A stretch of 64,000 bases of DNA from an uncultured Actinomycetota bacterium (GCA_963822335.1 CAWGHE010000007.1:741464-805463); one strand, 5' to 3'. Shown: positions 55,455 through 64,000, numbered from the stretch's first letter. Translations and numbers: made by a program. The notes: a model not told the origin generated them from the sequence alone.

Positions 55455-56076
55455 ATGGAGATTGCCGCGTGGCTGCAAGGAGTAGGGACAGTCGCCGCGG
55501 TTGTCCTTGCGCTATTCATGCAAGTATTCATTGTGTGGTATCGGCGACCGCGAATCGACCTTAGGGTATCTCCAGGACCGGACGGTCAGGATCTCGTCAC
55601 AAGCACCCCGGATGACCGCGGTTACAATATCTGTAGGCTTCGTGGACGTTTGTCCGTAATTAAGGGCAAGCCCGCCTCCGATGTGGAGGTGATTGTTCAG
55701 GACTGGCGGAGTCCAACGTCGCAGAGTCCTCCCCTTTGCCCACGGAAATACCCTTCGGTGGGCCAATTCCGACGAGGAGCTTGTGCGGATTCCCTCCGGA
55801 ACTTGGCGGCGAATCGACCTAATTCATTGGATGGCGGCAAACGGCGACGGAGCGCAGCTGATTCTGTGGCTCGGTTTGCGAAATTCGCGTGGCTACCCGC
55901 CGAAACCTTGGTTTCAGATCACCGAGAGCGGAGCTTATTCGTTCACTGGTAATAGCTGGGGAGAGCAATTTCAAACCTACCCGATGGCGGTTATCCTTTC
56001 GCTACGACGCCAATCCAGTCAGCTCACACAGCGAATTAGTGGTGCTTGTCCACGCGATTCGAATCCGTCAGCTTGA
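55455..56076 (+). pseudogene. Low-GC hypothetical gene with an N-terminal TM helix, fragmented by at least one frame break (near 55705-55720)
   Basis: ATG at 55455: MEIAAWLQGVGTVAAVVLALFMQVFIVWYRRPRIDLRVSPG...DVEVIVQDWRS. A different frame then gives ...RVLPFAHGNTLRWANSDEELVRIPSGTWRRIDLIHWMAANGDGAQLILWLGL...TYPMAVILS. One counted 60-nt line (55501-55560) is 50% GC, versus roughly 70% for the flanks by eye. Confidence 0.4.
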
Positions 56077-56229
56077 CGTCGCCCTAAGCGGTAGATCCGG
56101 GGCACTGAGCATGAACGTGCCTGCGTTACCACAGCTCTCGCAACCCGCAGTCGTGCACCAGGCCGGGGGGAACCCGGTGCCGGAGCGGCCACGGCGTCCT
56201 GAACTGAGACAGGAACCCGCCACGGTTTG

Positions 56230-56883
56230 TCAGCATCCGCCTTGGTGGGCCTCGAACCCGACGGTGATGTGTCGATGCATGACCTCGTAGGCGTGGTCCG
56301 GCCCGACCCGCATCGCCCCCGTCAGCTCGTAGTGCTGCAAAAGCCCCTTCTCGGCATCGTTGGCCAGCGTGTGGAACTGTTCGAAGATCTGCAGTGCCTT
56401 CGCACGGTCCCACACGCTGTCGAACAGCTCGACTAGAATCGGGTTTTCGGACGCCTCGACGACGGATCGGTGGACCACTCGGTTCTGGTGGTAGGTCTCG
56501 GCGGCGGTGACGGCTCCGCTGTTGACCGCTCCATCGATGGCCGCCTCGACGTTCCGGATCGCCGGCTCCCCGAGTTCGGCGACCCGGCGCGCGGCGTAGG
56601 CCTCGACCGCGATCCGGGACTCGTAGAGATGGTCCAGGTCGGCGTCGGCGATGGCACGGACCGTGTACCCCTTCCGGCCGGTCGGCTCGACGAGGCCTTC
56701 ACGTTCCAGGCGACGGAGCGCGTCCCGCACGGGCGTCCGGCTGATCTCGAGCCGCTCGGCGAGGGCGTCCATCACGAGGCGTGAGCCCGGAGGCAGGTCG
56801 CCCGCGAGCATCGCCTCGCTGATGCGGCGGTAGGCCTCGTCGGCCAGTGGCGTTCCCCCTCGCCCGATGGGCTGGAGCACCAT
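56230..56883 (-). CDS. GntR-family (FCD subfamily) transcriptional regulator
   Basis: ATG (complement 56881-56883) within ORF 56230..56985(-). LVMDALAERLEISRTPVRDALRRLEREGLVEPTGRKGYTV plus an FCD-type C-terminus. Divergent from the Rieske oxygenase operon. Confidence 0.85.
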   Translation of the reverse strand: MVLQPIGRGGTPLADEAYRRISEAMLAGDLPPGSRLVMDALAERLEISRTPVRDALRRLEREGLVEPTGRKGYTVRAIADADLDHLYESRIAVEAYAARRVAELGEPAIRNVEAAIDGAVNSGAVTAAETYHQNRVVHRSVVEASENPILVELFDSVWDRAKALQIFEQFHTLANDAEKGLLQHYELTGAMRVGPDHAYEVMHRHITVGFEAHQGGC

Positions 56884-57090
56884 GCCGCGACCTCCACGTC
56901 TGTCGTCACCAGCCGCGGCTGTCTGCCTGCACGGTCCGGCCCACTGCTCGGGCCCGTGCCGCATGCCACGGGACCAGGGCCCCATGGCCCGTCACCGATT
57001 CTAGTTCTTGCGGGACGGGCGACGGCGAGCCATGCTCCACCGTATACGAAACACCGAACACGAAACACGGGAATCGTCTCGGAGGCAGTG

Positions 57091-58416
57091 ATGACACTCC
57101 AACGCGAGCCGCTGACCGGGCGTCCGGCGCTGGCCCGCACCGACTACGCGGAGCTCGTACGCGAGGACCGGGTGCACCGGGTGCTGTACACCGATCCGGG
57201 GATCTTCGCCGAGGAGATGGTCAAGGTCTTCGGCGGACGCTCGTGGGTCTACCTGGCGCACGAGTCGCAGGTGCCGGAGCCGAACTCGTTCCTCTCGATT
57301 CGGATGGGCCTGCGTCCCGTGATCGTCACCCGGGACCGGGAGGGCATGTTGCACGCCGTGTTCAACCGGTGCACCCACCGGGCGGCGACGCTGTGCCGGG
57401 AGGAGTCCGGCGTGGCGAAGAGCTTCCAGTGCCCGTACCACGGGTGGACGTTCCGCAACACCGGGGAGCTGGTCGGGGTCCCGTGGCCCCAGGGCTACGG
57501 CGCCGGCTTCGACCGGTCCCAGTACGGGCTGCACCGGCTGCGGGTGGAGTCCTACCGTGGTTTCGTCTTCGGCACGCTGAACCGGTCCGCACCGCCGGTG
57601 GTGGACTGGCTGGGTCCGGCTGCCGGCTGGCTCGACTACTGGATCGACCGCGCCCCGCAAGGCGAGGTCGTCGTCCGCAGCGCCGCGAACCGGATGGGTT
57701 ACCGCGGCAACTGGAAGCTCGCCTACGACAACGCCGGCGACGGCTACCACCCGGCGTTCTCCCACCGGTCCCTGCTGCAGATGGCCTCCCGGATGGGGGA
57801 CAGCAAAGACATGTCGTACTTCGGCGTCTCGCCCGACGAGGGGCCGATGCGCACCTACATGCTCGGCAACGGGCACAGCGTGCTCGACCAGCGCCCGAAC
57901 TACGACGGTCCGGGCAGCTTCTGGGCGAACCAGCGACCGCAGCCGGGCCGCGAGCGCTTCGAGGAGCGGATCCGCGCCGAGCACGGCCACGACGCCGACC
58001 GGCTGCTCGACCTGACCATCGGTTCGCAGATCAACCTGAACATCTTCCCGAACCTGCTGGTGATCGGGAACCAGATCCAGGTCATCGAACCGCTGGGGGT
58101 CGACCGCACTCAGCTCACCTGGCACGCCACCACCATCGGCGGGGTGCCGCCGGAGGTGAACACCATGCGGATGCGCACGCAGGAGGATTTCCCGTCGTTC
58201 GGCGAGCCGGACGACCAGGCGAACTTCGAGGAGGCCCAGCGCGGGCTCGGCGCGCCAGAGGCCGAGTGGGTCCTCATGAACCGGGGGCTGGACATGCCCG
58301 GGTGGCAGGAGGTCGGGCCGGACGGCGTCGTGTCCAGCCGAGCGACTGACGAGCTGCACATGCGGCGCTACTACGCCGCATGGCTCGACCTGATGGACAA
58401 GGACACGAACCGATGA
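57091..58416 (+). CDS. Rieske non-heme iron aromatic ring-hydroxylating oxygenase, alpha subunit
   Basis: RBS GGAGG plus ATG at 57091. Rieske motif CTHRAATLC...CPYHGWTF. Mononuclear-iron motif NAGDGYHPAFSH. Confidence 0.9.
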   Translation: MTLQREPLTGRPALARTDYAELVREDRVHRVLYTDPGIFAEEMVKVFGGRSWVYLAHESQVPEPNSFLSIRMGLRPVIVTRDREGMLHAVFNRCTHRAATLCREESGVAKSFQCPYHGWTFRNTGELVGVPWPQGYGAGFDRSQYGLHRLRVESYRGFVFGTLNRSAPPVVDWLGPAAGWLDYWIDRAPQGEVVVRSAANRMGYRGNWKLAYDNAGDGYHPAFSHRSLLQMASRMGDSKDMSYFGVSPDEGPMRTYMLGNGHSVLDQRPNYDGPGSFWANQRPQPGRERFEERIRAEHGHDADRLLDLTIGSQINLNIFPNLLVIGNQIQVIEPLGVDRTQLTWHATTIGGVPPEVNTMRMRTQEDFPSFGEPDDQANFEEAQRGLGAPEAEWVLMNRGLDMPGWQEVGPDGVVSSRATDELHMRRYYAAWLDLMDKDTNR

Positions 58417-59012
58417 GCACCCGGATCCCCGCCGAGTACGCCGACACGTCATCGTGGTCCTACCACGTCGACACGTCCTACTACGACGAGCTGGCCCGCC
58501 AGTCCGCCCTGTTGCGCGAGGACTGGCCCGAGGCCGGCACCGACGAGCTCGTGCGGGCCCAGTCCTTCCTCACCCGGGAGGCCCGGCTGATCGACGAGGG
58601 CCGGTTCAACGACTGGCTGGACCAATTCACCGACGACTGCCTGTACTGGGTCCCGGTGACCCCGGGCGGCGGCGACCCGACCGTCGAGGTGTCGCACGCG
58701 TTCGACGACCGGCGCCGGCTCACCGACCGGGTCTACTGGCTGCGCACCGGGCTGGCCTTCAGCCAGATCCCCGCGTCCCGGACCCGGCGCGTCATCGGGA
58801 ACGTCGAGACCACCGTCGACCCCGCGACCGGTGAGCACCTGGTCCGCTCCACCGTCGTGGTGCACGAGTTCCGTGCCGGAGTCACCAAGATCTACCCGGG
58901 CTGGTACGGCCACGTGCTGCGGGCGACCGGGAACGGCTGGCGGATCAGGGTGAAGCAGGTCAACCTGCTCGACTCCGACCAGTTCCACGAGAACCTCACC
59001 CTGGTCTTCTGA
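58413..59012 (+). CDS. Aromatic ring-hydroxylating oxygenase, beta subunit
   Basis: ATGA overlap with the alpha-subunit gene. LTREARLIDEGRFNDWLDQFTDDCLYWVP, RRLTDRVYWL and a C-terminal ...KQVNLLDS...NLTLVF, typical of the SnoaL/NTF2-like small subunit. Confidence 0.85.
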   Translation: MSTRIPAEYADTSSWSYHVDTSYYDELARQSALLREDWPEAGTDELVRAQSFLTREARLIDEGRFNDWLDQFTDDCLYWVPVTPGGGDPTVEVSHAFDDRRRLTDRVYWLRTGLAFSQIPASRTRRVIGNVETTVDPATGEHLVRSTVVVHEFRAGVTKIYPGWYGHVLRATGNGWRIRVKQVNLLDSDQFHENLTLVF

Positions 59013-59013
59013 G

Positions 59014-59298
59014 ATGACCGACGACGACCTGTCGGCCCGGGTCGAGGCACTGCACCGACAGAACGCCCTGCTCGAACAACAGGTGACCCGGCTGCGGCGC
59101 CAGCTGGCCAGCGTCACCCCCCTGGTCGAGCAGGCCAAGCACCTGGCGTTCTGGGACTTCACGCCCTATGAGGTCAGCCCGGACGACACGTGGGTGGCGG
59201 TCGACCGGGAAAAGGCGGCGGCCCTGATGGCCGCGCTCGCCCGCATCGACCACTGGAACCCCTGGGGGACCACCATCGAGCCGAGGCCCCAGCCGTGA
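59014..59298 (+). CDS. Hypothetical 94-aa protein (predicted coiled-coil N-terminus)
   Basis: ORF 59014..59298(+), tightly packed between the beta-subunit and GATase-like genes. LSARVEALHRQNALLEQQVTRLRRQLAS. Confidence 0.5.
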   Translation: MTDDDLSARVEALHRQNALLEQQVTRLRRQLASVTPLVEQAKHLAFWDFTPYEVSPDDTWVAVDREKAAALMAALARIDHWNPWGTTIEPRPQP

Positions 59299-59981
59299 CG
59301 GCCGTCGCCGTGATCACGCACGCGGACCGGTCCGTCGTCGGGCTGGTCGAGGCCGTGGCCGGGGAACGTGGGCACACACTCCGGACCGTCCGCCCGTACC
59401 GAGGCGAGCATCTTCCCGACCTCGGCGAGATCGGCGCCGTGGTCGCGCTGGGTGGTCCGCAGAGCGCCTACGACGACCATCGGTATCTGCGCGAGGAAGA
59501 GCGTTTCCTGACCGCGGCCGTCGATGCCGACGTCCCGGTGCTCGCGATCTGCCTGGGCTCCCAGATCCTCGCCAGGGCACTGGGCGGGACGGCGCATCCC
59601 GGCGAGACCGGTCTGGAAGCCGGGATCATCCGGGTCGAGTCCGCGGGCGACGCCCCGACCGAGGTCGCCGGGGAGTACTTCTCGTTCCACTCTGACTCGA
59701 TGACCCCTCCCGACGGCGCCGACGTGCTCGCCGCGTCCGATCGGTACCTGCAGGCGTGGAGGTGGGGGTCGGCACTCGCGATCCAGTTCCACCCCGAGAT
59801 GACGATCGAGGGCATCGAGGGCCTGCTGACCATCGAGGGCACGAAGCTCGGACGGAACGGCGTCGACGTGGCGGCGATGCGGGCCGAGGCCGAGCAGTAC
59901 TTCGCGGCCGGCGCCGCCGACGCCCACGCCCTGCTCCACCACTGGTTCGACCGGCTCGTCCCCGACCGTCCTTGCAACTGA
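59295..59981 (+). CDS. Class-I glutamine-amidotransferase-like protein (TdnT/AtdA2-like)
   Basis: The GTG overlaps the previous stop (GTGA at 59295-59298). VLAICLGSQILA (nucleophile Cys), AIQFHPE. Confidence 0.8.
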   Translation: MTAVAVITHADRSVVGLVEAVAGERGHTLRTVRPYRGEHLPDLGEIGAVVALGGPQSAYDDHRYLREEERFLTAAVDADVPVLAICLGSQILARALGGTAHPGETGLEAGIIRVESAGDAPTEVAGEYFSFHSDSMTPPDGADVLAASDRYLQAWRWGSALAIQFHPEMTIEGIEGLLTIEGTKLGRNGVDVAAMRAEAEQYFAAGAADAHALLHHWFDRLVPDRPCN

Positions 59982-60000
59982 TCCCCAAAGGAGAGATCAC

Positions 60001-61494
60001 GTGCCCACCACCGGAAAGTTCATCGAGCGTCACGCCCTCTACACCTCCGAGAAGGCCGAAGCGGCGGAGCGGTCGAAGAAACTCGTCGAGCAGTGCGACG
60101 TCGACATCGTCCGGCTCGTCTGGCCCGATCAGCACGGACTACTGCGGGGCAAGGCGCTGAGCAAATCGGCCTACCTCGGTGCCCTCGAGTCCGGCAACGA
60201 GATCACCATGGCCCCGTTCTTCTTCGACCCGGCGAACGCGATCGTGCTGAACCCGTTCACCGTCGACGGGGGCTTCGCCGTCGAGGGTCTGGGCGGCAGC
60301 CCGAACGTCACGATGGTCCCCGACCCCGACACGTTCCAGCTCCTGCCGTGGGCACCGAAGACGGCGGTGGTCTTCGCCGACCTCTACATGAACAACGGGT
60401 CAATGTTCCCGCTGGCGCCGCGCACCATCCTGCGGAACGCGCTGGCGAAGCTGGCCGAGCAGAACTACAAGCTGGTCGCCGGCATCGAGATGGAGTGGTA
60501 CCTCACCCGGATCGTGGACGACCTGCTCGGGAAGTGCTCGCTCGGTGCGCCGGGCACGCCCGCGGACCCGCCACTGGTCGCTCCGGTCGCGCGTGGCTAC
60601 AACTACCTGCTCGTCGACCACCTCGACGAGATCGACGACGCGCTCGCCCCAATCCGTGACTCGGTGCTGGCGATGGGGTTGCCGCTGCGTTCGTTCGACG
60701 ACGAGTGGGCGCCGAGCCAGGTCGAGACGTCGTTCGACGTGCTCGAGGGGATGGCCGTCGCGGACTCCGCCAGCCTGTTCCGGATGGCGGTCAAGCAGAC
60801 CGCGAAGCGGCACGGCCACCTCGCCTCGTTCATGTGCACGCCGGCGATCGCCGGGTTCTACTCCAGCGGCTGGCACCTGCACACGTCGGTGGCCGACGCG
60901 ACGACCGGTGAGAACCTGATGGTTCCCGCCGAGGGCGAGGCACTGTCCGAACTCGGGCAGCACTACGTCGGCGGTCAGTTGGCCCACGGCGCCGCGGCAT
61001 CGGTGTTCACCACGCCGACCGTCAACGGGTACCGGCGCCGCCGCCCCTACTCGCTGGCCCCCGACCGGCTGAGCTGGGCCTACGACAACCGCGCCGCGAT
61101 GATGCGCGTGATCAGCGCGCCGGGCGACAAGGCGTCGCACGTCGAGAACCGCGTCGGCGAGGCCGCGGCGAACCCGTACCTCTACGTGGCCTCCCAGGTG
61201 GTCGCCGGGCTCGACGGCATCGTCAACCGGATCTCACCCGGGCCGCTGAGCGACGACCCCTACACCGCCGACGTCCCCCAGCTGCCGACCAGCCTCAAGG
61301 AGGCTGTCGGGGTGCTGGAGGAGGACCAGTTCTTCCGGGAGGAGTTCGGCAGCACCGTCGTCGACTACCTGATCACGATGAAGCGCAGCGAGATCACCCG
61401 TTACGAGGCATGGGTCGCCGAGAACTCCGACCCCGACACCTACGTCAACGGGGTCACCGACTGGGAGCACCGCGAGTACTTCGAACTGTTCTAG
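60001..61494 (+). CDS. Glutamine-synthetase-like protein (gamma-glutamyl-arylamide/amine synthetase type, TdnQ/AtdA1-like)
   Basis: GTG at 60001 after AAAGGAGAG. VDIVRLVWPDQHGLLRGK, GIEMEWYL, SFDDEWAPSQVE, SGWHLHTS, NRAAMMRV, ENRVGEAAANPY. Confidence 0.85.
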   Translation: MPTTGKFIERHALYTSEKAEAAERSKKLVEQCDVDIVRLVWPDQHGLLRGKALSKSAYLGALESGNEITMAPFFFDPANAIVLNPFTVDGGFAVEGLGGSPNVTMVPDPDTFQLLPWAPKTAVVFADLYMNNGSMFPLAPRTILRNALAKLAEQNYKLVAGIEMEWYLTRIVDDLLGKCSLGAPGTPADPPLVAPVARGYNYLLVDHLDEIDDALAPIRDSVLAMGLPLRSFDDEWAPSQVETSFDVLEGMAVADSASLFRMAVKQTAKRHGHLASFMCTPAIAGFYSSGWHLHTSVADATTGENLMVPAEGEALSELGQHYVGGQLAHGAAASVFTTPTVNGYRRRRPYSLAPDRLSWAYDNRAAMMRVISAPGDKASHVENRVGEAAANPYLYVASQVVAGLDGIVNRISPGPLSDDPYTADVPQLPTSLKEAVGVLEEDQFFREEFGSTVVDYLITMKRSEITRYEAWVAENSDPDTYVNGVTDWEHREYFELF

Positions 61495-62684
61495 CGCCGA
61501 GCGTCGGCCGCGCGACCGCGTTGGCCGGACACCTCGTACTGTCACGCGCCGCCGACGCGTTCTCCCCGCGTTCCGCGGGCTGCTCAGCGGGCAGTGCCGT
61601 CCGTCCTGCAGGCCCGCCGGCGCAGCGGATCACTGTCACTGTCGTTCGACCGCCGTTCTACACCGCGGGCGAACCGGTCTGGGACGGGACCGGAGTCCCT
61701 GTGGAGCGTTGTCGAAGTTGCACTGGCAGACGTCGTGAAAATGCCGTAGGCGTCGCCAGAGTTGCACCGGCGGGTGACGGCCGTCCGTGATCGGTCACGG
61801 TGAGGTGCCGAGCGATACTCCGAGGCGAACGGCTCGCCGGATGGCAGCCGTGCATCGGCCGTGCCGCGTTCGGCGGCGTGATGCCGGTCAGGGCCGCTCC
61901 GCAGGGGAACACGTCGCCGCCTGATCTGCCATCGTCCACCACGTGCACGGCGACGGGGTGTTCGGTTCGTCAGGCTGGTCCTCTACGCGGGATGCGGCGC
62001 CCCGTGCCACCAGGGCAGGGCGTGCGCGCCCGCCCGTCGACGCCCCTCGACCGTCGTGGGCGCCGGCTCGATCGGCCGAGAGGATCGCCTCGGACGGGTC
62101 GAGGAGGCGTTGGCCCGGTGGTGCGGCGGCAGACTCCCGAAGTCGCTCGACCGCGGGTCGTTGCCGAACTCCCGACAGAGTTGTCCATAGATGTCGTGGT
62201 GGTGCGGGGGCCGGCCGACCGACGAGGGGATGTCCTCGACTGCTGCGGCGCGGACGCTGTCGTAGACCGGCGTGGACGCTGTGTTCACGTTCGTGATCAC
62301 TCTCTCTGGCGTGATGAGCGAAGGCCCAGGTCCGGCGATCGTGCTTGCCGTCTCCGGGTGGGAAGCTGGGGAGCCCTCGGCCGCGCCCGGCGGCCGATGT
62401 CGTGGCATCGGACCTGCTCGCCGCGCCGTTAGCCTCCTCGACGCCGTGTCAGCGGGTTTCGCTGGAATGCACGAACATCATCGGCATCTGCCCCGTCGCG
62501 GCAGGTGGCGGGGGCCGCGGTTGCCCTACCTCGGTGTAGGCCGGATGGCTGTCGCCCTTCCGCCGGGCTGCGTGGGGAGGGATCACGTGCGCGCGTCGGG
62601 CGTCGGTCAGCGCCCAAGAAACTGAGGTGCGAGGGGGAACCTCCCGATCCGCTGGGCGTCCTACCCAGGTGAGGAGGTGCGCCC

Positions 62685-63167
62685 ATGGCCCAGCCAGCAC
62701 CCACCGCCCAGCAGTGCCCCGCCGTGCTCACCGGTGTCATGATCCGGCACGGGATCCCGATCACTGAATCGCTCACCGCCGACCTGACCACGGTCGTCGT
62801 CGGCCGCGAGTCCCACCTGCTCACGTACCTGCCGTGTCACGCCCGAACCCGGGCCGGGCAGGTTCTGGTGCACAGCGTCCGCTCCGAGGCGTTCCGCGAC
62901 GGTTTGCACGACGCCGCCACATGGTTGAGCCGCCGCGCCACCGCCGCGGCGCGGCGGGCCGATTACGCCGCCAGGCGGCAGCGGGCACTGCGGCGGGCGG
63001 CCCTGGTCCGGGCCGATGGCCGCGACCGCGGACAGCGGCTCCAGAGCCATCTGATCGCGAGGCGGAGCGGAGACTGCATGAGGACGAGCAAGCCGGACGC
63101 TGCACGACGGGCGACCACAGTCGATGGACGTGGGACGACCACGGGACGGGCGGCGCCCGGATGGTGA
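62685..63167 (+). CDS. Hypothetical protein, 160 aa
   Basis: RBS GAGGAGG plus 6 nt plus ATG at 62685; Arg/Ala-rich helical C-terminus. No recognised family. Confidence 0.5.
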   Translation: MAQPAPTAQQCPAVLTGVMIRHGIPITESLTADLTTVVVGRESHLLTYLPCHARTRAGQVLVHSVRSEAFRDGLHDAATWLSRRATAAARRADYAARRQRALRRAALVRADGRDRGQRLQSHLIARRSGDCMRTSKPDAARRATTVDGRGTTTGRAAPGW

Positions 63168-63481
63168 CGTTCGACTCCGCTGCCGTCTACGCCGACGCCC
63201 GGCTCCAGTCCATCGCCGCCGCCCGGCTCGCCGTCATCGAGGACGGCGGTGGACCTGACCAGGCTCTGGGCTACGAGGAGATCCTGCGGCGCATGCTCGA
63301 GCGGCACGGCCCGATCGGCGCCCTCGCCCTGATCGTCGCCCTGGCCCGCGAAGTCGGCGTGCTGGTCGGGCTCGCCGCCGAGCACGGCGGGGAAGCCCCG
63401 GCCGAGCTGCTCGACCAGCTGGAGATGGACGCGCTCAGCGCCGGCCCGGACGCCGGCGGGGACTGCCCACCAGCGCCCTGA
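63161..63481 (+). CDS. Hypothetical protein, 106 aa
   Basis: The ATG at 63161 overlaps the previous stop (ATGGTGA). MVTFDSAAVYADARLQSIAAARLAVIEDGG...; high GC3. Confidence 0.45.
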   Translation: MVTFDSAAVYADARLQSIAAARLAVIEDGGGPDQALGYEEILRRMLERHGPIGALALIVALAREVGVLVGLAAEHGGEAPAELLDQLEMDALSAGPDAGGDCPPAP

Positions 63482-63574
63482 TGACCAGCACATGATCGCT
63501 CGATGCGGTGGCCTCCACGGGAGCTGCCATCAGGTCGGTCGGACGGGCGCGGTGGGACAAGTATTGCTCGGACA

Positions 63575-64000
63575 TTACTGTGGATCCAACAGAATCCGGT
63601 GTAGAGCCGAGCGGGACGCGACGTCATCGTAGGCCCGCCGCCAGCCGCTCAGCGGGAAAACAGCGCTCTTCGGTGGTGTGATCGCGCCTGCTTCGAAGAG
63701 CCCGAACACGTCGCGGTAACACTCGGCGACGAGGTCCGGCCGGCGTTTGCGGTAGTCGCTGATCTGCAGGCCGGAGATCTCGATGTTCTTTAGCAGCGGG
63801 TAGTTCATCCGGAGTTCGGGGATACGGCCCGCCGCGAATCCGACGACAACCAGCCGGCCGCGCCAGGCCAGCGAGCGGACCGCGCCGTCGAACGGGTCGC
63901 CGCCGAGCATGTCGACGACGACGTCGATGCCGCGGCCGTCGGTCTCGGCCAGTACCTGCTGCCGAACGCTCTCGTGCAGGTCCGGACGGCCGAGGTCAAC
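63575..64000 (-). CDS. Zn-independent MDR-family NAD(P)H:quinone oxidoreductase, C-terminal part (N-terminus beyond the right window edge)
   Basis: ORF 63575..63910(-) extends upstream in frame to the window edge. ...IDVVVDMLGGDPFDGAVRSLAWRGRLVVVGFAAGRIPELRMNYPLLKNIEISG... is typical of the Qor family. Confidence 0.75.
   Translation of the reverse strand, partial: VDLGRPDLHESVRQQVLAETDGRGIDVVVDMLGGDPFDGAVRSLAWRGRLVVVGFAAGRIPELRMNYPLLKNIEISGLQISDYRKRRPDLVAECYRDVFGLFEAGAITPPKSAVFPLSGWRRAYDDVASRSALHRILLDPQ

Noticed and set aside
56040-56070. A GATTCGAATCC T-loop-like sequence, considered as a tRNA or tRNA-fragment att site.
   Set aside because: The flanking bases do not form a T-stem (ACGCG versus TCCGT), and no acceptor or anticodon arms can be drawn. 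It lies inside the low-GC ORF, so it is probably chance.

Overview
High-GC (about 70% or more by eye) Actinomycetota-type chromosomal DNA. I call about 60 protein genes and can support no rRNA, tRNA or CRISPR array. Layout from left to right:
- 0-3.6 kb: NarL-type two-component pair, rmlB and an esterase.
- 3.8-8.9 kb: a four-gene operon encoding a stand-alone PEP-utilizer swivel-His domain, a ~477-aa orphan protein, a wHTH-like protein, and a PPDK-like dikinase whose C-terminal domain has lost the canonical catalytic motifs.
- 9.3-11.3 kb: a divergently transcribed orphan plus HAD phosphatase pair.
- 11.5-17.5 kb: a bacterial microcompartment (BMC) operon resembling the RMM class (Rhodococcus/Mycobacterium microcompartment). 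It encodes BMC-P, BMC-H, a CoA-acylating aldehyde dehydrogenase, a EutJ-like ATPase, a tandem BMC-T, an MDH-type dehydrogenase with a ~140-aa N-terminal extension, and a Zn-ADH. A GAF-PucR regulator and a second, atypical BMC-H on the other strand follow.
- 20-27.5 kb: GntR / FAH / hydrolase / amidohydrolase genes.
- 28.2-35.8 kb: a segment bracketed by a 29-nt direct repeat and ending in an integrase remnant. It carries a SARP regulator.
- 35.8-39 kb: a DUF2182/DUF1326 pair and a 4 x 57-bp repeat ORF.
- 39-49 kb: hydrolases, an MFS transporter, a TetR regulator and an aryl-CoA ligase / FAD monooxygenase / VOC / maleate isomerase cluster.
- 49.5-54.2 kb: an Rrf2 regulator, two nitroalkane-oxidase-like flavoproteins and a GAF-LytTR regulator.
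- ~55.4-56.1 kb: a low-GC islet.
- 57-61.5 kb: an aniline-dioxygenase-type cluster (Rieske alpha/beta, GATase-like, GS-like).

The most interesting signal is the BMC operon together with the split dikinase operon. An identical-geometry inverted repeat, GGACA(A/G)-N15-TTGTCC, sits in both promoter regions. No known BMC signature enzyme is present in the window.

Caveat: at least a dozen conserved genes carry single-base frame breaks, mostly at G/C runs. They look more like indel errors than gene decay, so the ORF track splits or fuses several real genes.
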